Source of the DNA: Methanobacteriota archaeon
Lineage (GTDB): Archaea; JAADCQ01; Methanopyri; Methanopyrales; Methanopyraceae
Length of the DNA: 64,000 nt
Direction of reading: 5' to 3'
Assembly: GCA_027064425.1 (NCBI GenBank)
Contig: JAMOPO010000052.1
Span: 96,001 to 160,000, forward strand
Shown: in pieces, positions 17,666 through 26,487 of the stretch
How the letters are laid out: each line of letters opens with the position of its first letter
Numbering within the stretch: position 1 is the stretch's first letter
Notes under the pieces: generated by a model
The model's input: the letters and a program-made list of their open reading frames with translations, nothing else
What the model was told of the DNA's origin: nothing
Database searches by the model: none
Translations under genes and position numbers: made by a program

Positions 17666-19626
17666 TCCTTCCGAACCTCCCGGATGACCTCCAGGAACGG
17701 CTCGACGCCGCGCCGCCTGATCGTGTCCGCCAGCCGCTCCTTCTGCGGCTCCTCCGCGAGCTCCCGGTACCGGCGCACGATCTCCCTCGCCACCTTAGGG
17801 ACGTCCTCCGGGTCCAGGAACGCCCTCACCCTGACCCCCTCGACCGGCTCCCGGCCACCCTTCCCGCCGATCCACACGATCACACCCTCCTCCTCGGCGT
17901 ACCGAGCCTCCTCCGGGCACGCGTCGATGCACCTGCCGCAGTACACGCACCGCTTGTAATCGGTCTCCGAGGCCCCCACCTCGCTGCCGTCCACGGTCAC
18001 TATGCGGATGGCGTCCACCTTGCACACGTCCGCGCACTGCCCGCAGCCCGTGCACTTCTCCGGGTCCACCGCGGGCTTCACCGCCCCCGCGAAGCCCAGA
18101 TCGTTGTGCTGAGGCCGCACGCAGCCATTGGTGCAGCCCGAGAGCGCGATCTTGAACTTGTACGGGGTCGGCTCCTCCGCCAGCTCCTCCTCCAACTTCC
18201 CGGCCAGCTCCTCCGTGTTCAGCCTCCCGGACGGGCAGTTCCCCTCGCCCAGACAGGCGAGGATCGTGCGCACCAGCGGGCCCTCGGAACCCGTCGAGAG
18301 CCCCGCCTCCCGCAGCCGCTCCACCACCCGCGGTACCTCCACCGCCGGGATCCCGTGAACCTCCAGCTGCTGTCGGTCGGTGAACTTGACCCGATACCCC
18401 TCCTCGATCAGCCCCGCAATGACCCGGAACACCTCGGCATCGTCCACCCAGCCCCCCGGCCCAACCTTCACCCGCAGCGCGAACGTCCCGTCCGCCCGGG
18501 CCACGACGCCGCCGTAGTCACCGACCCAGAAGGCCGGGACCCTCTCACCCTCCTCCAGCCGCTCCCGAGCCTCCCGCAGCGCCCGGTCGCGCTTCAGCCT
18601 CGCCAACCGGCGCACCTCATCCTCGTCCACCGAGCCCCGGAGCCGCAGATAGCCCGCCTCCACGGCCCCCTCCACCAGCTCCTCGCCGCGCTCGCTCCTG
18701 ATCAGCAGCGTCGTGACGCCGTCCGGCGTACCGACGGAGCCGGCCGACACGTCCGCCAGGCGCGCCACGAAGTCGTGGCACACCCGGCACCCAGCCGGCA
18801 CGGCGTCTCGAAGCTCCTTCACGTCGAACCGCCGCTCCCCGTCGGGCAGCTTAACGACCAGCTCACCCGCCTCCACGTCGAACCGCTCCACCTCCTCGAT
18901 GTCGATGTCTCGCTCCCGCAGGAACGAGCGCAGCGCCTCGTACTCGAAGTTCTCCGTGCAGAACAGGCCTACGACGGCCGCGATCTCCGGCAGCTCCTCC
19001 GCCGGCGCCTCCTCCATCTCCCGCAGCGCGCGGGCGCCCTTGCTCACGATCTCGAAGTGGCGCAGCTTGGCCAGCCCGTTCACCTGGCACGGCAGCCCGA
19101 CGACCAGCGCCCGCTCCAAGCCCCGCTCGGCGGCCTCCGCCAGCGCCTCGACCAGGCTGACCCGTGAGAACTTGGAGCCGGCGAGCTCGCGGACGCGGCC
19201 CGGCTCCTCCACGATCGTCACCGAGGGCTTCCACGCCGAGCCCGCCGTGACCCCGACCACGGCGTCGACCACGCCCTCCTCCAGCGCGTAGCGGGCCAGG
19301 GCCACCACGGCCCCACCGTCCTGGCCCAGCTCGCGCAGCTCCTCGTCGGCCGCCACCGCCCCCACGGCCCGCCGGTAGCCGCCCAGCAGCGGCTCGTACC
19401 TCGACCCAGCCGTCCGCAGGCCCAGGTGGTAGGCCCCGGTGCTCGTCCTGGGGCAGGCGGCGAAGCAGTTGCCCTCGCCCTTCCGAGCGCACTCCTCCCG
19501 GAGCTTGGGGCCGTCCTCGGTCACCTCGATCTTGCCCTGTGGGCACGCGGCGGCGCAGGTCCCGCACTGAGCGCAGGCGCCGGGGTCCACGACCTCCTTC
19601 TGGAGCCTCCACTCGTACTCGGGCAA
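17656..19626 (-). CDS. fsr: F420-dependent sulfite reductase (FrhB-like N-half fused to siroheme Dsr-like C-half)
   Basis: YEWRL...CAQCGTCAAACP, GQDGGAV, VGLPCQ, GLFCTENF, GSEGPLVRTILAC.GEGNC, KFKIALSGC..GCVRP and ferredoxin motifs; TTG at 19626. Confidence 0.88.
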   Translation of the reverse strand: MPEYEWRLQKEVVDPGACAQCGTCAAACPQGKIEVTEDGPKLREECARKGEGNCFAACPRTSTGAYHLGLRTAGSRYEPLLGGYRRAVGAVAADEELRELGQDGGAVVALARYALEEGVVDAVVGVTAGSAWKPSVTIVEEPGRVRELAGSKFSRVSLVEALAEAAERGLERALVVGLPCQVNGLAKLRHFEIVSKGARALREMEEAPAEELPEIAAVVGLFCTENFEYEALRSFLRERDIDIEEVERFDVEAGELVVKLPDGERRFDVKELRDAVPAGCRVCHDFVARLADVSAGSVGTPDGVTTLLIRSERGEELVEGAVEAGYLRLRGSVDEDEVRRLARLKRDRALREARERLEEGERVPAFWVGDYGGVVARADGTFALRVKVGPGGWVDDAEVFRVIAGLIEEGYRVKFTDRQQLEVHGIPAVEVPRVVERLREAGLSTGSEGPLVRTILACLGEGNCPSGRLNTEELAGKLEEELAEEPTPYKFKIALSGCTNGCVRPQHNDLGFAGAVKPAVDPEKCTGCGQCADVCKVDAIRIVTVDGSEVGASETDYKRCVYCGRCIDACPEEARYAEEEGVIVWIGGKGGREPVEGVRVRAFLDPEDVPKVAREIVRRYRELAEEPQKERLADTIRRRGVEPFLEVIREVRKDQR

Positions 19627-19694
19627 CGCAGTTCCCCCGGAAGGCCAGGCGTGCCCTCGTGTGCCGATCGTCGTCACACCGGAGGGAGCACTCC

Positions 19695-19704
19695 ATATAA
19701 TGCC
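19695..19704. promoter_or_regulatory. AT-rich TATA-like element in the fsr/regulator divergent gap
   Basis: catataat is the only AT-rich patch between 19627 and 19731. Confidence 0.45.
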
Positions 19705-19731
19705 GTTGCGGCTTCGGGTGGGGGGTCGGGG

Positions 19732-20112
19732 TTGCTGGACACCCCTTTCGTCACGGTTCGGCGGTTCAACGTGACCGTCAGGGACGTGCTGAAGTGCGTC
19801 CTCGGCCTCAGGGACGCTGAGGTGGACGTGTACTTTCGGCTCCTGGAGCTGGGCGAGGCTACCGTGTACGACCTGGCCGAGGACCTGAACCGGGACAGGA
19901 CCACGATCCAGAAGGCGCTCAAGAGCCTCGTGCACGCGGGGCTTGTTAACAGGCGGAAGGAGACGAGGCCGCGTGGCGGATACGTCTACGTTTACGAGCC
20001 AATCCCGTTCGAGGAGGCGAAGGAGATCATCCTCAGGGCGTTGGACGAATGGTACGAGGCCGTGAAGGCTGCGCTGGAGGAGGTGGATGTGGAGAACATA
20101 GGAAAGGAGTGA
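19732..20112 (+). CDS. TrmB-like wHTH transcriptional regulator
   Basis: DVLKCVLGL..EVDVYFRLL..ATVYDLAEDLNRDRTTIQKALKSL..GLV.R...GGYVYVYEP. Confidence 0.85.
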   Translation: MLDTPFVTVRRFNVTVRDVLKCVLGLRDAEVDVYFRLLELGEATVYDLAEDLNRDRTTIQKALKSLVHAGLVNRRKETRPRGGYVYVYEPIPFEEAKEIILRALDEWYEAVKAALEEVDVENIGKE

Positions 20113-20723
20113 TGCGCGCGCCGGACGGCACCTACGTCGTCCGGCTCACCCTGCCGCCCGGGTTCGTCCCGGCGGAAGCGCTGCGGGTCGTGGCGGATCT
20201 GGCGGAGAAGTACGGGGACGGCCGAGTTCACCTGACCGTGCGGCAAACGATCGAGATCCCGGGCGTTCATCCCGACCGGCTGGAGGACCTGCTCGAGGAG
20301 CTGCGGGAGCGGGGGCTGGAGCCCGGGTCGACCGGTCCCAGGGTCCGGCAGGTGACCTGCTGCCCCGGCGCCGACACCTGCCCCAACGCGCTCGCGAGGA
20401 CCGTGCCGCTGGCGCGTCGCCTGCACGAGGAGTTCGTGGACGTGTGGGTGCCGGCTAAGGTCAAGATCGCGGTCTCCGGATGTCCGCGCGGCTGCACGAG
20501 GCCCGAGGACAACGACGTAGGCGTGATCGGGCTGGGCGAGGGCCGCTGGAGGGTGCTCGCGGGCGGGGTTGACCTGGGGGATTACGAGGGAGAGGACGAG
20601 GTGGTCGAGGTCATCGAGGACGTGCTGGCCTGGTACTCAAGCAACGCGCCCCTGGGAACGCGACTCAAGCGCTTCGCCGCCGAGAGGGCCGAGAGGCTGC
20701 AGGAGGCGGTCGGGGTCGACTAG
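20112..20723 (+). CDS. Small stand-alone siroheme nitrite/sulfite reductase-like protein (Dsr-LP)
   Basis: HLTVRQTIE; CCPGADTC...[13 protein letters not shown] siroheme-[4Fe-4S] ligands; TGATG overlap with the regulator. Confidence 0.82.
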   Translation: MRAPDGTYVVRLTLPPGFVPAEALRVVADLAEKYGDGRVHLTVRQTIEIPGVHPDRLEDLLEELRERGLEPGSTGPRVRQVTCCPGADTCPNALARTVPLARRLHEEFVDVWVPAKVKIAVSGCPRGCTRPEDNDVGVIGLGEGRWRVLAGGVDLGDYEGEDEVVEVIEDVLAWYSSNAPLGTRLKRFAAERAERLQEAVGVD

Positions 20724-20725
20724 CG

Positions 20726-21262
20726 GTGAGCCTGCGACCCCGGGTGGTCGTGCTCCGGCTGGGTCACCGGCGGGGTCGGGATCTCCGGGTGACGACCCAT
20801 GTGTGCCTGACCGCGCGCGCCTTCGGAGCGGAGGGTGTCCTCATCCACGGGGACCGGGAGGACTCGGTCCTGGAGTCCGTGGAGGACGTGGTGGACCGGT
20901 GGGGCGGGCCCTTCTGGGTGCGGTGGGTGGAGAGCTGGAGGAAGGCGGTGAGGGAGTGGAAGGAGGGTGGCGGGGCGGTCGTGCACCTCACCATGTACGG
21001 GCTCCACGTGGACGACGTCATCGAGGACATCCGTGAGGAGGATGAGCTGCTCGTCATCGTCGGGGCGGGCAAGGTTCCGGCCGACGCGTTCGAGCTCGCG
21101 GACTACAACGTGGCGATCGGTCACCAGCCGCACTCCGAGGTCGCGGCCCTGGCCGTGTTCCTGGACCGCCTGTACGAGGGCGAGGAGCTGCACCGCGAGT
21201 TTAAGGACGCGAAGCTCCGGGTGATCCCGCAGGAGAGAGGGAAGAAGGTGGAGAGACTATGA
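20726..21262 (+). CDS. trm56: tRNA (cytidine56-2'-O)-methyltransferase aTrm56
   Basis: [39 protein letters not shown] and [11 protein letters not shown] motifs. Confidence 0.93.
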   Translation: MSLRPRVVVLRLGHRRGRDLRVTTHVCLTARAFGAEGVLIHGDREDSVLESVEDVVDRWGGPFWVRWVESWRKAVREWKEGGGAVVHLTMYGLHVDDVIEDIREEDELLVIVGAGKVPADAFELADYNVAIGHQPHSEVAALAVFLDRLYEGEELHREFKDAKLRVIPQERGKKVERL

Positions 21263-21957
21263 CCGTGGAGATCGCGGTCATCTCGGACGTGCACTCGAAC
21301 CTGGAGGCCCTGAAGCGCGTCCTCCGCGAGATCAAGTCCGCCGACATGGTCCTGTGCTGCGGCGACGTCGTGGGTTACGGTCCCTGGCCCGAGGAGTGCC
21401 TGGAGCGGATCCGCGAGCTGTGCGACCGGTGCGTGAAGGGGAACCACGACTACGGTGTGGTGACCGGAAACGTCGAGCGGTTCAACCTGGCGGCGCGGAT
21501 CGCCGTGGAGTGGACGCGCCGCCGGCTGAGCGATGAGTGGAAGGAGTTCCTCGAGGAGCTGCCCAAAGTGGAGCGGTTCGAGGTGGAGGACGTAAGGATC
21601 TGCCTCGTACACGGCAGCCCGCGGGACCCGATCTGGGAGTACGTGTTCCCCGACACCCCGAGGCAGGTCCTGCGGGAGCTGGCCAAGCTCGCGGACGCCG
21701 ACGTGCTCCTGATGGGACACACCCACGTTCCCATGCACGAGGAGGTGGACGGCGTCCACGTGGCCAACCCGGGCAGCGTGGGCCAGCCGCGCGACGGCGA
21801 CCCCCGGGCGGCCTACGGCATCCTCGAGGTGTCCAACGGGCGGGTGGTGTCATGGGAGGTGAACCGGGTCGCTTACAACGTTGATAGGACCGCGAGGGAG
21901 ATCGTCAGCAAGGGGCTGCCGGAGGAGCTGGGAGCGCGACTCTACCGCGGCATCTAG
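21259..21957 (+). CDS. Calcineurin-like metallophosphoesterase
   Basis: SDVHSN, GDVVGYG, GNHD, VHGSP, GHTH and [11 protein letters not shown] motifs. Confidence 0.92.
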   Translation: MTVEIAVISDVHSNLEALKRVLREIKSADMVLCCGDVVGYGPWPEECLERIRELCDRCVKGNHDYGVVTGNVERFNLAARIAVEWTRRRLSDEWKEFLEELPKVERFEVEDVRICLVHGSPRDPIWEYVFPDTPRQVLRELAKLADADVLLMGHTHVPMHEEVDGVHVANPGSVGQPRDGDPRAAYGILEVSNGRVVSWEVNRVAYNVDRTAREIVSKGLPEELGARLYRGI

Positions 21958-22745
21958 ACGTCCTCCAGCAGCTCCAGCCCGTACTCGATGGCCTTCAGGT
22001 TGTCCTCCGCCACGGACCGTCGCGGCCAGCTCTCCGGTCGCTCGCACCACGAGCGCTGCGTCCTGTACACCCACTCGACGGCGTCCGGGGACGCCAGCCC
22101 CCGCCGGCACAGGGTGTAGAGCACCTCCACGGCCGACTCGGTGAAGACGATCCCGTACCCCCGCGAGGTGAGCTCGACCAGCACGCGCTCCACCTGGTCC
22201 GGCGGGACCTCCAGGTACGGTCGGCAGGTCTTCTCGCCGTCGTCCAGGTACTCAGGCTCCCGATCGACCAGCTCCCCCACGATGTGGGACCCCAGCCCGC
22301 GCGTGACCAGGGTGGGGACCTCGCCCCTACCCAACCCCATCACCGGGCCGAAGAATCGGACGCTCAGCCACTCCGAGCCGAGCACCCGGTGCAGCTCCGG
22401 GTGCACCTTCCGGTACACGACGTCGTCCACTGCCGGCTTGTCCACCTCGATGTTGCACAGGTTCTCCAGCGGTTTGAGGTTCGAGTCAGCCAACACGTCG
22501 TACCCGGCGCGCTCGTACTTCACAGCCAGCGCCGTCTCGATCACGTCCACGCTCTCGTCCCGGAACGCGACCATCTCCACGATCACTCCGTCCTCGCGGC
22601 GGGCAGCGAAGGCCGTTACGACCGGGTACCTCAGGTAGGGGCCGACGGAGTCCACCACCAGCTTACCCTCAGGTTCCGCCAGCCTGGCCCCGTGAGCTCC
22701 CCCCTCCTTGAGCGCGCGCCTCAGGGCCTCGTGCGGATCGTCCAA
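21954..22745 (-). CDS. Hypothetical protein
   Basis: 263-aa ORF with host-like composition filling the gap; no recognised motif. Confidence 0.65.
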   Translation of the reverse strand: MDDPHEALRRALKEGGAHGARLAEPEGKLVVDSVGPYLRYPVVTAFAARREDGVIVEMVAFRDESVDVIETALAVKYERAGYDVLADSNLKPLENLCNIEVDKPAVDDVVYRKVHPELHRVLGSEWLSVRFFGPVMGLGRGEVPTLVTRGLGSHIVGELVDREPEYLDDGEKTCRPYLEVPPDQVERVLVELTSRGYGIVFTESAVEVLYTLCRRGLASPDAVEWVYRTQRSWCERPESWPRRSVAEDNLKAIEYGLELLEDV

Positions 22746-22756
22746 GGTCGAGCTCC

Positions 22757-22814
22757 CCGGTCGGACCGTGGCCCTCTCCTCACCGATCAGTGCCGTGGTA
22801 GCTCCTCATCCCGG
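22757..22814 (-). ncRNA. Box C/D guide sRNA
   Basis: Minus strand: ccgg GATGAGGA gctaccacggca CTGA tcg GTGAGGA gagggccacggt CCGA ccgg; two 12-nt guides. Confidence 0.82.
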
Positions 22815-22828
22815 TCCGACGTGTTCCG

Positions 22829-22838
22829 AAATAAAAAG
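22829..22838 (-). terminator. Oligo-T tract after the H/ACA-like RNA (could also serve as the promoter of the downstream C/D sRNA)
   Basis: Minus strand CCTTTTTATTT, about 10 nt after the final ACA. Confidence 0.45.
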
Positions 22839-22847
22839 GTAGGGAGC

Positions 22848-22975
22848 TGTGCCCGGCCCGTCGGACGGGCCGCACATCCACGGCGATACCGCCGGTTCAC
22901 GGCCGCCGGGCGACCCTGTGCCGGGCCGCAGCACGCCCGCCCTCATCGAGGTCAGGCGGGCCCGCGCCGCAGGGT
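22848..22975 (-). ncRNA. Two-hairpin H/ACA-like sRNA with K-turn/K-loop motifs
   Basis: Minus strand: gcccgc-CTGA-cctc-GATGA-gggcgggc hairpin...ACA (22917-22919); then gcccggc/gccgggc stem with ggccg-TGA...cggcc and ACA (22848-22850). Confidence 0.62.
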
Positions 22976-22976
22976 C

Positions 22977-24023
22977 CTAGGAGAACCCCAGCAACCCGAG
23001 TAATAGGGATAACGGGAGGCCACCCACCACCAGGAACGCCGCCCCCACGACGGACCCGAGCTCACCCACGAAGCTGCCGATGGACGGGTAAGCCGGGTCC
23101 AGGTCCGAGAGCGCGTCCATCGCCAGGACCAGCCCCAGGAGCCCGCGCCACGGTTGCGGCACGAACGGCAGCACGGCCAGCCAGAAGGCCACGGTCGCCG
23201 GCCCGATCGCCCCCCTGCGCCACGGGGGCCCTACCACGGACAGGTTGATCCCCGCCCCGATCCCGGGGAACACGTAGGGCCACCTCACTCGCACCTCCAG
23301 CCCGAGGACGTGCGCGATGAGCAGCTTAGAAACGTCCACCAGGAGCCGAAACGGCGCGAGCAGCAGCGTGGACCCGACCTCCGTGAGCAGCCTCCTTAGG
23401 GCACCGCGCGGGTTCTCCAGCGCCGCGATCCCGGCCGCGAACAGGGCCAGCCCCACCTCGACCGCGTACCGCTCCGCCGGGTACCTGCCCTGCAGCACCG
23501 CGAAGAACCCCTTCCAACCGTCCAGCAGGGTTCCCATGACCTCCTCCGGCAGCAGGTTCTCCAGGTTGCTCAGCGCCGCACCGAAGGCCGCGTCCGGGTC
23601 CAGCGGTGCCAGCAGCGCGGCCGCCAGCGCGCCCACCACCGGGCCGGCCATCGCCTCGTCCGCCTCCCGGTAGTCCAGCCCGGAGAGCACCTCACTCGGG
23701 TTCACGGCGTACCCCCACTCCGCCGCTCGAACCAGCTCCCGCAGCTCCTCCTCCGCCAGACCGGGAGGGTAAGGGCCCACCGTCACGAACCCGGTCGGGG
23801 GCTCGGCCCGCACCTCCAGCCAGCTCCCGTCCCCGAGCTCCATGACGAGCCGTGGGGTCGGGCCCGCCTCCACCCACCAGGAGCGGATCCCGCCGTGATA
23901 GCTCGCCGTCACCAGGGCGTGGCCCAGCTCGTGCGCCAGGACGGAGGCCGAGGTGACCAGCAGCCCCGTCCCCGGGTTCTTCGCCGCCAGCACAGCCAAT
24001 AAGACCGGCCCGACCGCGTCCAC
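22977..24023 (-). CDS. Membrane metalloprotease, M50/site-2-protease-like
   Basis: LAHELGH, AMAGPVV and NLLP......LDG motifs with multiple TM segments; GTG start at 24023 inferred. Confidence 0.72.
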   Translation of the reverse strand: MDAVGPVLLAVLAAKNPGTGLLVTSASVLAHELGHALVTASYHGGIRSWWVEAGPTPRLVMELGDGSWLEVRAEPPTGFVTVGPYPPGLAEEELRELVRAAEWGYAVNPSEVLSGLDYREADEAMAGPVVGALAAALLAPLDPDAAFGAALSNLENLLPEEVMGTLLDGWKGFFAVLQGRYPAERYAVEVGLALFAAGIAALENPRGALRRLLTEVGSTLLLAPFRLLVDVSKLLIAHVLGLEVRVRWPYVFPGIGAGINLSVVGPPWRRGAIGPATVAFWLAVLPFVPQPWRGLLGLVLAMDALSDLDPAYPSIGSFVGELGSVVGAAFLVVGGLPLSLLLGLLGFS

Positions 24024-24036
24024 GCGGGGATCCCCC

Positions 24037-24831
24037 GTGAGGATCATCACCCTGACGACGGATTTCGGCTGGTCCTCGCCCTACCCCGCCCAAATGAAGG
24101 CCGTGATCTTCCGCCTCTCCCCGCCGGGAGTCGAGGTCGTCGATGTCACGCACGGGGTCCCGCCCCAGGACATCGTCTCGGGCTCTTACGTGATGGCTGT
24201 CGCCTGCCCCTGGTTCCCGGAGGGCACCGTGCACGTGGGCGTGGTGGATCCGGGCGTGGGAACCGAGCGGCGTCCCCTCCTGCTCGAGACCGCCCGCGGG
24301 GACGTGCTCATCGGCCCCGACAACGGGTTGCTCCTGCCCCCGGCCGAGGAGCTGGGCGGGATCGAGCGGGCGTACCGGATCTTGGAGGACGAGGTGAGCG
24401 AGTGGGAGGTATCCGCCACCTTCCATGGCCGAGACGTGTTCGCGCCCGCGGCCGTTCGCGCGGCCGTGGGTGAGGACCCGGAGGAGTTCTGCGAGCCCCT
24501 TGAGCCGGAAGAGCTGGAGGAGCCCCCCATCCCGGAGCCGGAGGTGGAAAAGGACCGTATCAGGGCGCACGTCTGGTACGTGGACGACTTCGGAAACCTC
24601 ATCACGAACCTGGAGTGGGAGCGCGTAGACCTGCCCGACGAGGTCACGGTGAGGACGCCGTCCGGCGAGCGCCGGGCCCGGCGCGTCAGGACCTACGGGG
24701 AGGCCGAGCCCGGCGACCTCGTCGTCCTCAGCTCCTCCTCCGGTCACCTGGAGATCGCGGTGGTCGAGGGGAACGCGTCCGAGGAGCTCGGGCTGAAACC
24801 CGGTGACCCCATCGAACTACTGCCGGAGTAG
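24037..24831 (+). CDS. SAM hydroxide adenosyltransferase (DUF62, chlorinase/fluorinase family)
   Basis: ITLTTDFG, VVDPGVGTERR, GPDNG, SATFHGRDVFAP and VDDFGNLITN motifs. Confidence 0.93.
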   Translation: MRIITLTTDFGWSSPYPAQMKAVIFRLSPPGVEVVDVTHGVPPQDIVSGSYVMAVACPWFPEGTVHVGVVDPGVGTERRPLLLETARGDVLIGPDNGLLLPPAEELGGIERAYRILEDEVSEWEVSATFHGRDVFAPAAVRAAVGEDPEEFCEPLEPEELEEPPIPEPEVEKDRIRAHVWYVDDFGNLITNLEWERVDLPDEVTVRTPSGERRARRVRTYGEAEPGDLVVLSSSSGHLEIAVVEGNASEELGLKPGDPIELLPE

Positions 24832-26316
24832 CCTCACGCCGCTCGGCTCCACCGACCACGGGTCCCGGAACACGTCCGGCACCCGTTCCACCACGTCCAT
24901 CGCCGTCAGGCACTGGGACCGCTCCTCCTCCGCCAGCTGGCCGGCCGCACCCACCACGAAGGCGCCCACCCGGGCCGCTTCAAACGCGTCCTCGCACACC
25001 GCGGCCAGCGCCCCCACGACGCCCGCCAGCACGTCCCCGGTGCCCCCCACCGTCATCCCCGGCGTCCCCGTCACGTTGAGCCTCACCTCGCCCTCCGGCG
25101 ACCCGATCACGTCCACGGGCCCCTTCAACAGCACCGTGCAGCCCCAATCCTCCGCCACCCGACCGACGGTCTCCTCCCGCTCCTCAACGCCGTCACCCGG
25201 AGACTCCCCGAACACCCGGCGGAACTCGCCGGCGTGCGGCGTCAGCACGAACCGCTCGTCGACCAGGTCCCTCCTCACCCCACGTAGCCCGTCCGCGTCG
25301 ACGACGACGGTCCCGTCGAACTCGTCCGACAACCTCTCGATGAGGCCCTCCGCGTCCGCCTCCGGGCCCAAGCCCGGGCCCACCACCACCGCGTCAACGT
25401 CCTCCAGCGGCGCCTCCTCCAGGTCCTCCGGCCCCGGCACCCGCTCGGAACCCAGGTAGATGAGGTTCGGATCGTCCCGGGGCACCTCGCTCGGCGTGAG
25501 GAGGAAGACCAGGTCGGCCCCCGCCCTCAGCGCTCCCTGGGCCGTCAGCCTCGGCGCCCCGACGTACCGGTCGGAGCCCGCGACGATCAGGATCCTGCCG
25601 TGCTTGCCCTTATACGCCCAGGGGTCCCGCTCTCGAGCGCCGGAGGTGATCAGATCCCCCGGGCCGCAGATCCGCTCCGCCAGCTCCGGGATCCCGGCGT
25701 TCACCCGGCGGAGGAACGCGTCCCGAGCCCTCCTGACCCCGCGCTTGTGCCGGTGGATCGACACGATCACGTCGGCCTCCACGGCCACGTCCGGAACCTC
25801 GCCCGTGTCGGGGTCCATCCCGGTGGGCACGTCCACCGAGACGACGCGGCTGCCCGCCCGGGAGGCCTCGTTGATCCTTACCACCGCCGTCCGCACGGGT
25901 TCCCGGAGCCGGCCCCGGATCCCGAACCCGAGGATCGCGTCCACGATCACCTCGCGCTCGAAGTCCAGATCCTCCAGCTCGCTGGAGTCCCGGACCTCCC
26001 TCACGCCGATCCCGGCCGACTCCAGCCGCTCCAGGTTCCGCTCCGCCGCCGGGTTCCGAATCGCCTCCCTCCGGCCCAGCAGCAGGACGTCCACGTCAAC
26101 GCCCTCCGCGTTCAGGTGCCGGGCGGCCACGAACCCGTCTCCGCCGTTCCCCCCCGTGCCGCAGACGACGAGGACCTCGCCCGGTGAGTACTCCTCCAGG
26201 ACGACCCGGGCCACGCCCGCCCCGGCGTTCTCCATCATGTACTCCTCCTCGAAGCCCAGCCAGCGCGAGTTCAGCTCGATCCTGCGCATCTCACGCGACG
26301 TGATCCACTCCGGCAA
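24817..26316 (-). CDS. nnr: Bifunctional NAD(P)H-hydrate epimerase/dehydratase (YjeF_N + YjeF_C)
   Basis: MENAG, GGNGGDG, DVPTG, KGKHG, GPGLG, DAD, TPHAGEF and GGTGDVLAG motifs. Confidence 0.93.
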   Translation of the reverse strand: MPEWITSREMRRIELNSRWLGFEEEYMMENAGAGVARVVLEEYSPGEVLVVCGTGGNGGDGFVAARHLNAEGVDVDVLLLGRREAIRNPAAERNLERLESAGIGVREVRDSSELEDLDFEREVIVDAILGFGIRGRLREPVRTAVVRINEASRAGSRVVSVDVPTGMDPDTGEVPDVAVEADVIVSIHRHKRGVRRARDAFLRRVNAGIPELAERICGPGDLITSGARERDPWAYKGKHGRILIVAGSDRYVGAPRLTAQGALRAGADLVFLLTPSEVPRDDPNLIYLGSERVPGPEDLEEAPLEDVDAVVVGPGLGPEADAEGLIERLSDEFDGTVVVDADGLRGVRRDLVDERFVLTPHAGEFRRVFGESPGDGVEEREETVGRVAEDWGCTVLLKGPVDVIGSPEGEVRLNVTGTPGMTVGGTGDVLAGVVGALAAVCEDAFEAARVGAFVVGAAGQLAEEERSQCLTAMDVVERVPDVFRDPWSVEPSGVRLLRQ

Positions 26317-26386
26317 CGTGGGTCCCCGGCGGCACTCGGCCCGGCATCGGCGATAAGCCTTCCCACCGTGCCGGGCTGTGATTCGT

Positions 26387-26433
26387 GTGAGCGCTCACGC
26401 TGGCCGTGCGTGACTGTGACAGCGCTCGTGTCA
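26387..26433. promoter_or_regulatory. Candidate operator palindromes upstream of the ATPase-GTPase-FeS operon
   Basis: Perfect palindrome GTGAGCGCTCAC (26387-26398) and TGACA-N7-TGTCA (26417-26433), both centred on AGCGCTC. Confidence 0.45.
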
Positions 26434-26487
26434 ACTTTCGGGCAACGCTTGTTAGGGGCGGGCGTCGGGGCCGCGGAGGGCGCTCCC

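Noticed and set aside
19627-19935. N-terminal extension of Fsr in the ORF track
   Set aside because: Antisense to the regulator gene and across the promoter gap; Fsr similarity begins at YEW, right after TTG 19626
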